Positions 1-14,370 of a stretch of 64,000 nucleotides of DNA are shown piece after piece; positions within the stretch are counted from its first letter, which is position 1; every line of letters starts with the position of its first letter. Source of the stretch: the human T2T-CHM13v2.0 reference genome, Homo sapiens. The position numbers and the translations under genes are program-made. The stretch is taken from assembly GCF_009914755.1 (NCBI RefSeq), contig NC_060930.1; one strand, 5' to 3'. The notes below the pieces were generated by a model, which saw only the letters and a program-made list of their open reading frames with translations, was not told where the DNA came from and ran no database searches.

Positions 1-1249
1 AAGTCTTTAATGATGGCCAATTATGACATGTTAATCTTAGGTAAAAGGTTTGGAAAGATGTACCATAGAATTCAGGAACATAGAAATAATAAAGCAGAAA
101 TCATGGGATTTAGGGAAAAAATGGTGAAGGGATGATCTATTAAGAAGAAACTGTTTGAAATGGGGGAAAAATCTTCAAGAATTCAAGGCCCCTGACAGGG
201 CCAAAGACAATTAAATAGGAAATATTGGTTGAAGTAGTTACTGGTTAGCCCTGGGATATTTTTCAAGTACATTTACTTCTGTGATCCAATGCCATCAGAA
301 ATACGAAGGACACTGAGATGTGTCTGTGAATCATTCATGAGATGACTTTAAAATGATCTCTTTAATTAGTGATGACAACTGGCTGGTTAGTTTAGGGCCT
401 CAGTGGACTGGATTAGATTAGGTCTGCCAGGGAGAGTATTCGGTGACCCAACACATGGAAGAAAGTTCTCCCATCTCATAAGAGCTGCAGGGCGTGGAAA
501 CTCTCTGTCTGAGATAGCTGAAAAACACCTTTTGACTTTGAGAAGAGACATTTTAAAAGTGTTGATGATTGAAACAATGTGTTTTAGGAGAAAAAGACAT
601 AAAAGAAATGGACTTCACACAGAGCAAAGACCTTCGTCATATTAAAGAAACAGAAATGAGAAACGATGTGCGTGACTCTCCCAGAAGGCCAGATAATGCA
701 CTTTAATAGGGAGTAGAATAAGGTACTGTGTTTTCCACATCCTACATTTTCTCCCAAGATTCCAGCCTCCAAGCCCAAACTGACAGTATCTATGTGATAC
801 CTGCAGCCTTTGACCTGTCTCCGAATTGCACTCATAGCAATCACCTCACAATGGCCCAGGAGAGGGCTTGATGATCTGAAAGCATAATCAAACTTTGGAG
901 AGAGAATGGCCCCATAGACACTTTCACAGCAGTCTCACAACTTCCACATTCTCTGTCTATCTCTCTGGTGCCTTCTGTGGCCAAACCCAAACTCCTAAAA
1001 CTCTTAACTCCCCCAGGCAGGGGTGTCAGAGGTTCTGGCAGGTTGTCATACTATTGAGTTTGGAAACCTTGGACATTCCTTGGGTGAGCCTACTACTATG
1101 TTATCCAGCAGTTGTGTATCATAATCGGGCCTATTAGCAACATTTCAATATATTTATTTGTTTATTAATTAATTTTGTTATTTGCTAATGTGAAGTGATA
1201 GCACAGATGGCAAATACAGAATGCCTGAAAAATATTTAACTACTTCTCA

Positions 1250-1552
1250 CTATCTTTATACTCATCACTCTAGACCAGCTCACCATCAATTCTCACCTGG
1301 GTTATTTTGATTGTTTCTAACTGGGCCTTGCCTCTGTCCTTTGCCCCCTTTCAGTCTATTCTCCACAGGTGGCAGATCTTGTGAAGACATAATCCGGATG
1401 ATGTCACTCCTCTGCTCAAGAGCTTGCAATGGCTCCTTATTTCAAAGCCAAAGTCCTTTCAATGGCCTCTGAGGGCTGGGATAGCCTGGCTCCTCACTAA
1501 CTCTCTCTTCGTCCCCTACTGCTCTCCTCTGTGTTGTCTCTACTTCAGCCAT
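1250..1552 (+). mobile_element. L2 LINE fragment
   Basis: Resembles L2 3' region: ...ctaactgggccttgcctc...gatgtcactcctctgctcaag...caatggctcc; boundaries approximate. Confidence 0.7.
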
Positions 1553-1555
1553 AAT

Positions 1556-1885
1556 GGATGGAGGGAAGGATTGATGAAGCACAGGGGATATTTAGAGCAG
1601 TGAAAGTATTTCATATCATAGTATAATGGTAGATACATGACATTACGCATTTGCCAAAACCCATAGAACTCTACTACACAGAGTAAATCCTAATGTAATC
1701 TATGAACTTTAATTAATAATAATGTATCAATATTATTTCCTGAAAGTAACAAATGAACCATACTAATGCAAGATGTTAACAATAGGGGAAATTGGTGAAG
1801 GCGGGTAGCTTAGGATAATATGGGAAGTCTCTGGCGTTTTTTTTTCTGTTCAATTTTTCTATAAATCTAAAATTACTCTTTAAGA
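1556..1885 (+). mobile_element. L1MC-type LINE-1 3' UTR fragment
   Basis: gatacatgacattacgcatttgccaaaacccatagaact...ctaatgcaagatgttaacaatagggg, typical of L1MC1/2 3' ends. Confidence 0.75.
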
Positions 1886-3160
1886 AACTATACATTTTTT
1901 TTAAAAAAACAGAGGTCTTTTGCAAAGGCAGTGCATTCTTCTAATGTAAGGTCGTGGATGGATAAAGGGAAGAAAAGAGTGGAATGAAGATGTGAATTTA
2001 GAAGTGACTGCAAAGTGTCATTTCAACCTTCATATATTAAATGGCCTTGGCTCTCATCCTCCTGGGGAGAAGCCTATTCTTGAGTTGATTTTTCATTTAT
2101 CCGGTATAGCAGACCCCTGTGAAGATCATTTTGGAAAGTCTTGATATCTCAAAGCTATCCACTCAGAGTTCTTCTCTCTGATCTGATAACATAAAAATGT
2201 TTAAGGTGGGAGGCTGGCTAGGTGAAATGGAGTCCCAGAGCCAAAAAAGACTTTAAACTTGATCTGTCTTTGTCATGATCCCTGACTGTGCAGACGCATG
2301 CTCCATGAAGGAAGGACTCAGCAAGCCTCTGCCTCATCCTGACCTTGGGCCCCAAGAGAACATGTAGAACTCAAGCTTGGTGAACACCTTCCTAGGACAT
2401 TTATATCTTGGAAGACAAAACACAGACCTTTTTCTCAGGTGTTCTGAAAGGTGGGCTGGTGAGTTCTAGATGGAGTTAAGCAAGTTTGAATCTGGGAAAT
2501 GCAGATTGAGGCCACATGTCAGAGACTATTGGCTGAATTTTGGGATTATTACTAAATCTGGAATAGCCCGAGGCTTTTTGGTATCCTGCTGAATCCAGGA
2601 GTAGGGGTGAGACAAGAAGGCATTAGGGGTTAATGGAAAAAAAAGAATATTACCTCTTCCCTCAGACAGTATATTAACCAGAGTGCAACATGAAGTTCCC
2701 AAACATGCTCTCTAATTAATGCCACAACCAATCATTAGCCTCTGAGCTTGGAGGAAATCAGCACTCTTCAAATACTGAAGGAAAGGAAAACAGTCTTTTT
2801 GATGATATATTGGTGCTTGCTTTTTGACATAGTTATTAGCAAGATGGACTATGACCTGAGCTATATAACAGACCATTAAAACCTCTGAGGAGAATTTTAT
2901 TACATCCACACTGCCAGTCAATGTCAATGAAGGTCACGTAAGATTTCTGTTCTTGTGAGACATTGAGCCGTGCCCGGCCATGACTCTGTGGGCAGTTACA
3001 AGAGCGTATGTTTAGAAGTTGCTTTCCTAACAGCTAGGAAAGGCTGCCCTGTCATGAGCACCCATATGTACCCAATCTCTCATATGCAGGCTGGGGTGAG
3101 ACTGCATTTTATGCTTGTTTGTTTTCTCTAAGCATTAATGACAAATTTCAGATTGCACAC

Positions 3161-3522
3161 TGATATGGTTTGGCTATATCCCCACCAAAATCTCATCTTG
3201 AATTGTAGTTCCCATAATTCCCACGTGTTGTAGGAGGGACCTGGTGGGAGATAACTGAATCATGGGGATGGTTTCCCCCATACTGTTCTCATGGTAGTGA
3301 ATAAGTCTCACGAGATCTGATGGTTTTATAAGAGGAAACCCCTTTGGTTTGGTTCTCATTCTCTCTTGTCTGCCACCATGTAAGACGTGCCTTTTGGCTT
3401 CCACCATGATTGTGAAGCATCCCCAGCCACATGGAACTGTGAGTCCATTAAACCTCTTTTTCTTTATAAATTACCCAGTCTCAGGCATGTCTTTATCTGC
3501 AGCATGAAAACGGACTAATGCA
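3161..3522 (+). mobile_element. THE1B/C solo LTR (ERVL-MaLR)
   Basis: tgatatggtttggct...ggactaatgca termini; perfect 5-bp TSD CACAC (3156-3160 / 3523-3527). Confidence 0.95.
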
Positions 3523-3527
3523 CACAC

Positions 3528-4080
3528 AGAGCAATCTTTCAAACTTTTAAAACCTGGTCATTTAATTCTCCTGCTTAAAACCCTTAAAGCCTCCCAGCAC
3601 TCTTACAGTAATGTTCAGAATCTTCCATGGGCCTCTGAAGTCCTACAGGACCTGACTGCTGCCCTTCTTACAGCGTTCAAGTCACAAAAGACATTCTCTT
3701 TGGTGCTTGAATGGCACTAACTGCTCATCCTTCTGTTGGAAGCCTCTTTCCCTGGCACACTCCTCCCCTCATTCTCCTAAGACCAAGATTAATTTCTGCT
3801 CATTCTTCACCTATCAGGTTAATTGGCACTTTGAGAGGAAACTCCTTGCCTGATATCCCTGAAAGTCAGGTGCCTGAAGTTTTGTAATTATTGCACCCTT
3901 TGCATTTTCAAACCCATCATCTCAGTTGTAATCATTCTGCTAGATCCTCCTAGATGAGCCTACAGACTCCATGAGGGGAGGAGCTGTTTCTATCCTAGAC
4001 TCTGCTCTAGCTTTTTTTCCTAGCACAGGCTCTGGCACAAAGTAGGTGGTTAAGAAATACTTTCTGAAGATTGAATTATT
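3528..4080 (+). mobile_element. L2 LINE 3' fragment
   Basis: ctcctgcttaaaaccctt...tagcacaggctctggcacaaagtagg L2 3' motifs. Confidence 0.7.
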
Positions 4081-4728
4081 TGTAACCATGACCTTAGTCA
4101 TTTTAGTTTCCTATGGGAATGGTATACCAAACATGCATTGCTGGAAGATTCTCTGAAGGTATTTTGAGCTTAACAAAGGGACTTTATGATTTTTTTTAAT
4201 GGAAACAGGCAATAGTAAAACTTTAGCAAAATAAAATTGAAAGGAGAATTAGGTCCTCATGCTTCGGAGAGTAAGAAACTCACCATTTCAGAGCAAGCTG
4301 AAAGACGTTTCCCTCTTGCCTCATCCATCAGTGTATTATAATTATGAATTCATTTCTCTCCCTCCAAAGGATCTTGGATGTGGTCTAGTATCCTTCTAAG
4401 TGACACCATAAAAAAGGGGGCACCATCATATTCCAAAAGCAGGGCTGTTCTATGTTCATAATTTAGTATGAAGGGTAGATATCCAGAATGTGCCACCTTC
4501 TGAATAGCTAATACTTTTAGGTTCATATCCTAGTGTTTTGTTTGCTAAGCCTTTTGGAGTTCTGAGGAGAAGAGTTTCTGTTCCTAAATTTGATAAAGGT
4601 AGAACTCTTCCATCTGCTGAAGGAGGCAAACATCAGAGATGCTTCCTCATCCCACCACTTGGAGACCCAAGTCTGTCTTTGTGAGGAGGAAGAAAAGGCT
4701 GTTATCATCTTAGAATTCAGGATCTCAG

Positions 4729-5096
4729 TGCCATGGACTGAATGTTTGTGTGTCACCTGTTGATATCCTCACCCCCAATGCTATGGTATGAGAGGTGGAA
4801 CCTTTGGTAGGTAATTAGGTCATGAGAATGAAGCTCTCAGAATGGGCTTAGTGTTCTTAGAAGAAGAGATGTGAGAAAGAGATGATCTTTCTCTTTGCTA
4901 TGTGGAGATACAGTGAGAAAGTGATTGTCTGCAAACCTGGAAAAGGGCCCTCACCAGAACCTGACCATGCTAGGTCAAGATCATTAGAACACCCTGATCT
5001 TGAACTTCCATCCTCCATAACAGTGAGAAATACATTTCTGTTGTTTAAGCCACCCAGTCTATGGTAATCATAATAGCAGCCAAACTGACTAAGACC
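4729..5096 (+). mobile_element. MLT1A-type solo LTR (MaLR)
   Basis: tgccatggactgaatgtttgtg...tttaagccacccagtctatggta...gactaagac; TSD ctcag/cttag. Confidence 0.9.
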
Positions 5097-5834
5097 CTTA
5101 GTAATATCTGTGATTAGCTCTTCTGAGACTCATGAAGAGACATGATACAGATTATGATATTTTACATGCTTATAAATATACAATATACTAGTGTTTATTA
5201 ATGTATCAACATTAGATAGAGATCTTTCTGATATCAACATGTATATACTTCTTGTTTAGTAAATTCAGTACTATGAAGATAATTTATGTTTTCTTGAACA
5301 TTGGAAATTTTCCCATGCCTCCATATGAGTATTAGTTTTGATTTTCTAGAATTATAATTGCAAATACAGAAACTGCAAAAGACAGGAATAAATATTAAAG
5401 ACCCAAGGGCATAATCTGAAAGTTTAGTTTTGCCCCTTTAATAATTAATATGAGCTTATTTCTCCTAATTTTTTTCTTCCCTCTAAAATTAAAAGCCAGA
5501 AAATTCCAACTGAGTAAGTCATCCAATTTGAGGTCTATTTTTTTGAGGTGGGAAATCTTGTCATAAATTTAACAGATACAGTAACTAACTCTTCAACTAT
5601 GCCTCCTACTGTATTCTATCAAGTTGAGTTTTCTTTAGTTAAACGTAGACACAGGATAAAAAAAATTCCAAAACCAAATTCACCTAGTATTTTGATGTTT
5701 AGGATGCAAAAATTTTTATAGGGTTTGAGAAGTAGGTTTGTAAACAGATTTTCGTTTTGTGTATGCATGTGATTCTTTCATCCCAAGCAACTCCTTATGG
5801 AAGAATAGCTTTCATTTTATTAATAATTTATAAA

Positions 5835-6215
5835 GGCCCTTTGTACTTGTTTTTCTCTCTGCCTGGAATACTCTCTCCACAAATATGCACATCTCATTTT
5901 CTTATCAACTTCAGGTAGGTCTTTACACAAGTATAATATTATCTAAGTAGGTCCTTCCCTGATTGCCTTATGAAGAATTGCAACCATTCTCACTCAACGT
6001 TTTCTATCCTCCTTCCCTGCTTTATTCTCTTCATATCACTTATCCCATCTAACATTCCATATATTTTACTTACTTATTTTATTATTCTCTGTGTCCCGTA
6101 ACTAGAATGTAAACTCCACAAGGGTAGAGATTTTGCCTGTTTCCTTCTCTGCTTTATTCTCAGAGCCAGAATACTGCTTATCATAAAGTAGACACTGAGT
6201 AAATATTTATCAAAC
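5835..6215 (+). mobile_element. L2a LINE 3' end
   Basis: ctctgcctggaatactct...actagaatgtaaactccacaagggtagagattttg...gtaaatattt. Confidence 0.8.
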
Positions 6216-6934
6216 ACATTTTATCAAATCTTTCTCAGCAATCCCAAGATTAAAGGTTTAGTTTACTGGTTGTTTGAGGAGGGGGTTGGCAATTCATATA
6301 GAGAAAACCAAGCTCACTGGCAAAGGTCCCTTAGTGACTGCTGAGGTGAGTGGTCTCATGGGCTGGCAAGTACAGAGATCACCTGTGTGTCACCCAGAAA
6401 ACACAGTAAACTTGCCATTTGCAGAACTTCTCTGAGATTTCAAAATTACTGTCAATAGCTCTGGCAGTTAGACAAAAATTTTGTTTTCTTTTACCAAGGG
6501 TGGCTTTAGCAGATGTAAATTTTTCTTTTAAAAATGGGTAGCGTTTTTCCTTCCATATATTCTTTTAGAAAGTAAAAATTCCATTATTTAGTTTAGAAAA
6601 TAGAAATTCAATAATAGTCCATACCATAAGGGAGAAGAATGAATACTCCACCTTTTTTGTATGTGTGCTTGTGAAGTTGGACTCAGTTGAATTTTCATGT
6701 TGTATTGAAATATTCTAACGGGAAGACAGCATATTTTTGCTCTCTTGGCTCTCTTAATTTAAGTTCATTCTATGATAAATGGATTTGTTGTCCTGGGGCA
6801 GCCTCCATGGGTTTAAACTTAAAGGTATTCTTTCTTTCATTTTACATTTAGGCATGATACAGGAATTCAATTGTGTGTAAAATATATTACTTCACATACA
6901 TAAACAAAATCTAGATATTTTCAGATGACTTGAC

Positions 6935-7103
6935 TTTTGCCCTCCTTCTCCATTGCCTTCTGCCATGATTGTAAGTTTCCTGAGGCCTCCTAGCCATGCT
7001 TCCTGTTAAGCCAGCAGAACCCTGAGTCAATTAAACCTCTTTTCTTCATAAATTACCCAGTCTCAGGTATTTCTTTATAGCAGTGTGAAAATAGACCAAT
7101 ACA
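6935..7103 (+). mobile_element. MSTA/MSTB LTR 3' fragment
   Basis: ctgccatgattgtaagtttcctgaggcctcc...aaattacccagtctcaggtatttctttatagcag...accaataca. Confidence 0.85.
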
Positions 7104-7454
7104 TAGGTGATGGTAGCAGAAATTAAGTGCCACACAGGGAGGAAGCAGCATGAGCCCACAGAAACTGGAAAGCCAGCAGCAGTGAAATCAAGAAAGAAGC
7201 CATAGACCCAAAATTGGGGAGAAGAGCTGAGGCACAGTAGTGGCAAAGGCTGGGTGAAAGCAAACAGATCTATAGCTGAGGAAGGATTAGCCCATGGGAG
7301 AGAGGCCTGGAAACAAAAAACAGCATTAGCGCTATTCAGATTCTCAATGACTTACCAGTTCATGATATTGCAAACTTCATGAGGCCTGCCTGTCTGAAAT
7401 TGATTTTCTTCCCAATAATTCTTGCCATTTAACTTTTCCTGGAGCTGAAAAACA

Positions 7455-7700
7455 TAACACTGATAATGGATTTACTGAGCCCTCACTTTTTGCCAGAGTT
7501 GTTTTAAGTGTTTTTCCAGGATATTCTTTTTCATTTGTGAAACTATTCTTTGAAGTAGGTACTTTTATTAATCTTAGTTTACAAATGAGAAAATGGAAGC
7601 AAGAAATGTTAAATTAACTTGCTGGAGATCACATAGTGATTAGGGAGTAGACCTTGGAATTCAAATGTGGTAGAATGATTTAGAGCCCAGACTCTAGTTG
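7455..7700 (-). mobile_element. MIR SINE
   Basis: Reverse complement of MIR core (tttacaaatgagaaaatggaagc...aacttgc...atcacatag). Confidence 0.75.
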
Positions 7701-8044
7701 ATCATGGGATACTACCTTTATAAGGTTAAGATGTGTCCTCTGCATTTCCATGTTTATTATTATTCTACTGCTCACACCCCACAGCCCACCATATTCTTGT
7801 TTATATTCTTGGCAACACCCAGAGTTCATAACAAATCTAGAGATCTACCAGTGTGAATCACTAGGCAATCAATTTAAACTCCCTTTTTGTAGGCATATTG
7901 TAAAAGGTGTTTTGCTAACCCCACTGTTAATGTACCAGGCCAGCTCCTTAGAATATAATGCTTCTCTTTGATTTGTCTCTAAGAAGAGTGATGCTCCTAT
8001 TATAGGACATCTTGTCCTAAATTCCACTGAATTGTTGTCTAGCT

Positions 8045-8165
8045 CTTCCCCTAGATTTAGATCTCCTTAGAGTACAAATTGCTTTTTATTTTTTCTCTTT
8101 GGTATCTCCCACACTGCCTAGGACAAAGTAGATGTTCCAAAACAGTTCAGTGAATTAATTCAATG
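8045..8165 (+). mobile_element. L2 3' terminal fragment
   Basis: ctagatttagatctcctt...actgcctaggacaaagtagatg...gtgaattaatt. Confidence 0.55.
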
Positions 8166-8682
8166 CCTTCTTATTTGTACTCCAGGCTACAGAGGTGTAT
8201 TCACACTCTGTTCCAGACTACCTTGGGAATAAGCCAAGTGGTAAATAGAGTCAATAGAGAGGTTATACTGGATTCAAGGTGGCTTTCAACCCAGAATGCT
8301 AATATGTAGGCATTAAAAAAATTACTTTGATATTAGAGACAGAAGGACAGACCAAACACTTTGGGTCAAGATCTATGTAATTGAGTTAATAGCACATACT
8401 TAAAAATAATACTTTTATTTGTATAGTACTTTATAGATAGAAAAGTATTTTCATTTAAATTGTCAAATTTGATACTCACAGTGTATTTTGAAGATTTATT
8501 GTTCCCAGTCTTAAAGACTGTTCCTTACTCAAGGCAGGCAGCCATGTGGGCCAGTGAGGTCTCTCTGCTGTTGCAGGCCTGTGTATCTCCCTACTCCACA
8601 GGTCACTGACAGCTCTGCCTAGAAATCCCCAGGACAGGGGTGAGGTAGGGGTAGAGATGGAGGAGGTCCTTCTTCATTCTAT

Positions 8683-9371
8683 TGTAACCTCCCAATGGGT
8701 TCACTTTGTCCGCGGCCTAGACACAGCCGATTTCTCAAGACAGGGGAATTGCAATAGAGAAAGAGTAATTCATGCAGAGCCAGCTATGTGGGAGACTGGA
8801 GTTTAATTATTACTCAAATCAGTCTCCCTGACTATTCGGGGAGCAGAGTTTTTAAGGACAACTTGGTGGCTGGGGGAAAGCCTGTGAGCCAGGAGTGCTG
8901 ATTGGTCAGAGATAAAATCATAGGGAGTTGAAGCTGTCTTGTGCTCAGTCAGTTCCTGGGTGGGGACCACAAGATCAGATGAGCCAGTTTATCAATCTGG
9001 GTGGTGCCAGCTGATCCATCAAGTGCAGGGTCTGCAAAATATCTCAAGCACTGATCTTAGGAGCAGTTTAGGGAGGATGAGAATCTTGTAGCCTCCAGCT
9101 GCATGACTCCTAAACCATAATTTCTAAACTTGTGGCTAATGTTAGTTCTACAAAGGCGATCTAGTCCTCAGGCAAGAAGGAGGTCTGCTTTGGGAAAGGG
9201 CTGTTATCATCTTTGTTTTAAACTATAAAGTATAAACCATATTTCTCCCAAAGTGAGTTCAGCCTACACCCAGGAATGAAAAAGGACAGCTTGGAGGTTA
9301 GAAGCAAGATGGAGTCCACTAAATTAGATCTTTTTCACTGTCTCAGTCATAATTTTGCAAAAGTGGTTTCA
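8683..9371 (-). mobile_element. LTR8 solo LTR (ERV1)
   Basis: Minus strand begins TGAAACCACTTTTGCAAAATTATGACTGAGACAGTGAAAAAGATCTAA, like LTR8; 689 bp; perfect 4-bp TSD CTAT (8679-8682 / 9372-9375). Confidence 0.9.
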
Positions 9372-10017
9372 CTATCTGTGATCAAACCTCTGCAATAGGA
9401 ATGACAGGTGATCGTCTTTCCCCTGGGCGCCACCTCCTCCTTCCATTCCTTCTGAGTCTTCTCCAACCCAACACATACTCAGTCAGGATGGAGTTGGAAA
9501 CAAATTTTGCTAGAAGCTCAGACTTCAGAGGAGATTGTAGCTTTACCTGAAAACTTGGCCTTCCAGAGTAGGGTGACGCACATGAAACCCTTCTCCTGCA
9601 CTCTTTCATCTCAGTCCCCTCTCCTTTCTTGGCCACCTCCCCCTTCAACAACTTTTCTAGCATCCCCAACACCTTTCCTTGAGAATCTCCATTAGTCTCC
9701 ACGTGGAGATTCTTCTACCACCATTTCTCCCTCTTGAAACTTTAGCACAACACTAATTAGCTTTTGAGGAGGGAGACTGTAAGTTATAGTCTTGCAAGTG
9801 ATGATGGACACGGGAATTTCAAATCCTCTTTAGTCTCCCCACCAGATATAGGCAGGGAAATTTCCTCACAAGTTTTCCTGGGATGCCAGAACACACTGTC
9901 ACAGTCAAAATTACTTTCTCCTGGATAATACCATCATCCCTCAGTATCCACAGCTCATGGATATAAAAATCCCCATATGCTCAATTTCCTGATATTAAAT
10001 GGCACAGTATTTGTATA

Positions 10018-10915
10018 CATAAATAAAAAATAAAATTGTAAGTTCCTAATCAACTGAATGGACTCCTCCACCCCCTGGGCAACAGGATCCTAAAGAAAAT
10101 CTGAAAAACTAGTTCAGGCCATGACTGGAAGACAGGGTTGGACTTGCCTGTTATACCCTCTTCCCTTTGGAGTTTAGGCACAACTGACCAGCACTAACAT
10201 TAAGATAAAGATCATAAGAAAAACAGACTTTTTGTAGCAATAAGATAACCAACTCCAGCCTGACTCTGATATAGCATCATGTGAAAGATAGCAGGTTTTG
10301 GAGGAAATTATTTTACCCCAAAATATATTTTCTTTGACATCTTTTGAAATGCCCCTGTTAAGTCATCTCTTGCGGGGGAAATTTGCATTCTGTAGAGAAT
10401 CTCCTTCCCTTTCTAGGTCTTTTCCTGATCCAGGAGGTTTAACTGAGAGTCTGACACATTTAAGTTTCAAAAAGAGACATTTACCATCTATTCTCTCTGA
10501 AACCTGCTACCTGCAGGCTTCATCTACATAACAAGAACCTTGGCTTCCACAGCTCCCCTTATCTTAATTCAAGCATTTATTTAAGCCGACTTCAACTCTC
10601 TAGGCAAAGGTTAACTTTCACCAATTGCAAATCAGAAAATCTTTGAATCCACCTATGACCTAGAAGCCCTCATCTGCCACACCACTTTGACGTGTCCCAT
10701 CCTTCCAGGCCAATGTGTACCTTACATGTATGGATTTATGTCTTTGCTTCTAACTTTTGTCTCCCTAAAATGTATAAAACCAATCTGTAACCCAACCACT
10801 TGGGGCACATGTTCTCAGGATCTCCTGAGGCTGTGTCCTGGGCAGTGATCACTCATATTTGGCACAGAATAAGTCTCTTCAAATATTTTACAGATTCTGG
10901 CTTTTTTTGTCAACT
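10018..10915 (+). mobile_element. MER4D-type solo LTR (ERV1)
   Basis: aaaaataaaattgtaag...caactgaatggac...cacatgttctcaggatctcctgaggctgtgtc...cttcaaatattttacag; 4-bp TSD TATA (10014-10017 / 10916-10919). Confidence 0.85.
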
Positions 10916-11050
10916 TATATAACCTATGCACATTCTTCTGCATATTTTAAGTCATTTCTAGATGACTTATAATACCTAATACAACATAAATACTATGTAA
11001 ATAATTGTTATATTGTATTTTTTGTTTGTATTCTTTTAAATTACTGTATT

Positions 11051-11176
11051 TTCTTCCTTCCTTCCTTCCTTCCTTCCTTCCTTCCTTCCTTCCTTTCTTC
11101 CTTCCTTCCTCCCTCCCACTTTCCTTTCCTTTCCTTATTTCCTTCTTTGTTTCTCTCTCTCTCTCTTTTTCTCTCT
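11051..11176. repeat. (TTCC)n/(GGAA)n microsatellite and polypyrimidine tract
   Basis: 10 perfect TTCC units (11054-11093), TTTC, 3 more units, then a CT-rich tract. Confidence 0.95.
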
Positions 11177-12899
11177 GTGGTTGGTTGAATCTGTGGATGT
11201 GGAACCCGTGGATATGGCGACTGACTGTACAGTCAAATATCATATGGAGAAAGAATAGTCACCCTGCCCTTGAAGAATAATAAACTCTGTCATTATTGTA
11301 AGAGGCTTTGACTCTTTCCTGTGCTTGGATCAAGTTACAAGAACCTCTACTAGGTGCAAACTGGTTTATCTTTGCCATCCAGGAAGGATGACCCAACCCA
11401 GATTATTTTTTTAAAATTTCAAGTCTTTACCTTTTTTTACACCAAATCCCATCCCCCTCACTCAAGGGAGTGGGGTAGATTGATTCTATCGTAGTGCTAA
11501 GAAAACAGAACCATAAAGAAATTAAGTGAATTACCAAGCAATGGCAGATGTAAGACCTACATGTCTCCCTCATAAATATTAATTGTGTACTTTGCAAGGG
11601 ATTTACTGGCAGCTCTGAGGAAACTTCTGATGGTAAATTACTGAATCTATCTGTTGATCTCATTTCTCTATTTCCTTTCCAGCTCCCTTTAAAATAAAAA
11701 GTGTTAAATATATTCAAAAGCTCTTGATTTAGAATGATCAGGAGGTAAGGTTGCAAGCTGGAAATTTTTCTTAAATAGCAAACTGGAAATTGCTGAAGAC
11801 GATAAGGCAAATATTAAATATTCCTAATATAATAGCTTTTTTTACAAGTTCCCCATAGCTGATGTTTATAGCATTTGTATTTTGCTTAATTATTTCCTCT
11901 ATTGGCACTGTGCTTTGCACATGGTAGGAACTCAACTGGAGAATTCGATAAATGATTTCATTGAGAATGTTTGAGTAAAATCATCCCAGAAGTCAGACCC
12001 TTACCTATAGTATTCAGGCTAGGCCAGCTCACCATCAATCAATTCTGCTCTGCCTTTGAAATTATTTTTAAAAAATCAAGTCATGTGAAAGTGAATGTGT
12101 TTATCAGAATTAACAAGATTTAAAACATTTCCCACTTTATTTTTGGTGAGTTCCTTTTCTGGCCAAAAAAAATACTGGCTCATTATTTTCAAAGTATTGC
12201 CTTGCCTAAGCAGGTGTGCACACACCTTCCTACCTCACTCAGCTTTTCTGATCAAGTCTAAGGATGGTTGTGTTTTTTTTTTAAAAGTTCTCACTTTGCC
12301 TCCCTCCAAAAGTCTCATTTCACTATTGCCCAATCTCTTTCCTCCCCCATTGTGTATGTCTCTTTCTCCCTCCCTCTTGTATTTATTATACACCTACAAA
12401 AAGTAGAATTTCCCTTGGCTAATGCTTGATAAGTTTGTTTTACCCACCATTTTATGTTTTGGGAATTGGTCTTTTTACCTCTGCCAGCAGCCTCAGCATT
12501 GCTGGGGCATATTTCCAGATGTTTAAGGAAAGCAGCGCTGTTTTTGAGCTAAGGGTAGTGGACACTCCCCCACCCATTTTTTTTTTTTTTTTTTAATCAG
12601 ATTGGTAAGTGTGCCACAGGCTGGCTATGACCTGTGGTGTCTTTCTAGCAGCCATGAAAGAATGTGGCTGGCATTCAAAGACATTGCTTTCAACCTCAGG
12701 TCATTGGAGATGAGGGTGAGCCACATAATAAGAATGCAGACTCTGAGCAGATCCTCCGGAGGGATAGACAATGGAAGGCGGGCCTGAATCGAGCAAACGT
12801 TTGTAACAGGATGGTAAATGAGACTATTCTTGCTGGTTTACTTGTGGTTGAGGCCTCAGAGCTAAGAGCAGTAAGTGGCAAATACCCTACATTCTAAAG

Positions 12900-14370
<1,471 letters not shown>

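Larger units (their letters stand above)
9931..11227 (+). mobile_element. MER2 (TcMar-Tigger) non-autonomous DNA transposon, split by a MER4 LTR and a microsatellite
   Basis: TA|ccatcatccctcagtatcc ... ggatatggcgactgactg|TA TIRs; the internal consensus agtatttg(t)atataacctatgcac is rejoined by removing 10018-10919. Confidence 0.9.

Noticed and set aside
2439-2458. 20-nt exon-like motif (ttctcag|...ctg|gtgagt)
   Set aside because: Short pyrimidine tract and no supporting context; expected by chance in 64 kb.
3415-3435. THE1B PRDM9 hotspot motif
   Set aside because: The sequence is CATCCCCAGCCAC, not CCTCCCTAGCCAC; the other THE1/MST copies also lack the hotspot allele.
9382-9702. 106-aa ORF next to LTR8
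   Set aside because: No recognisable domain; LTR8 has TSDs on both sides, so this is not proviral internal sequence.
10947-11280. ORFs with KEGR/LPSF repeats
   Set aside because: Translation of the GGAA microsatellite and MER2.
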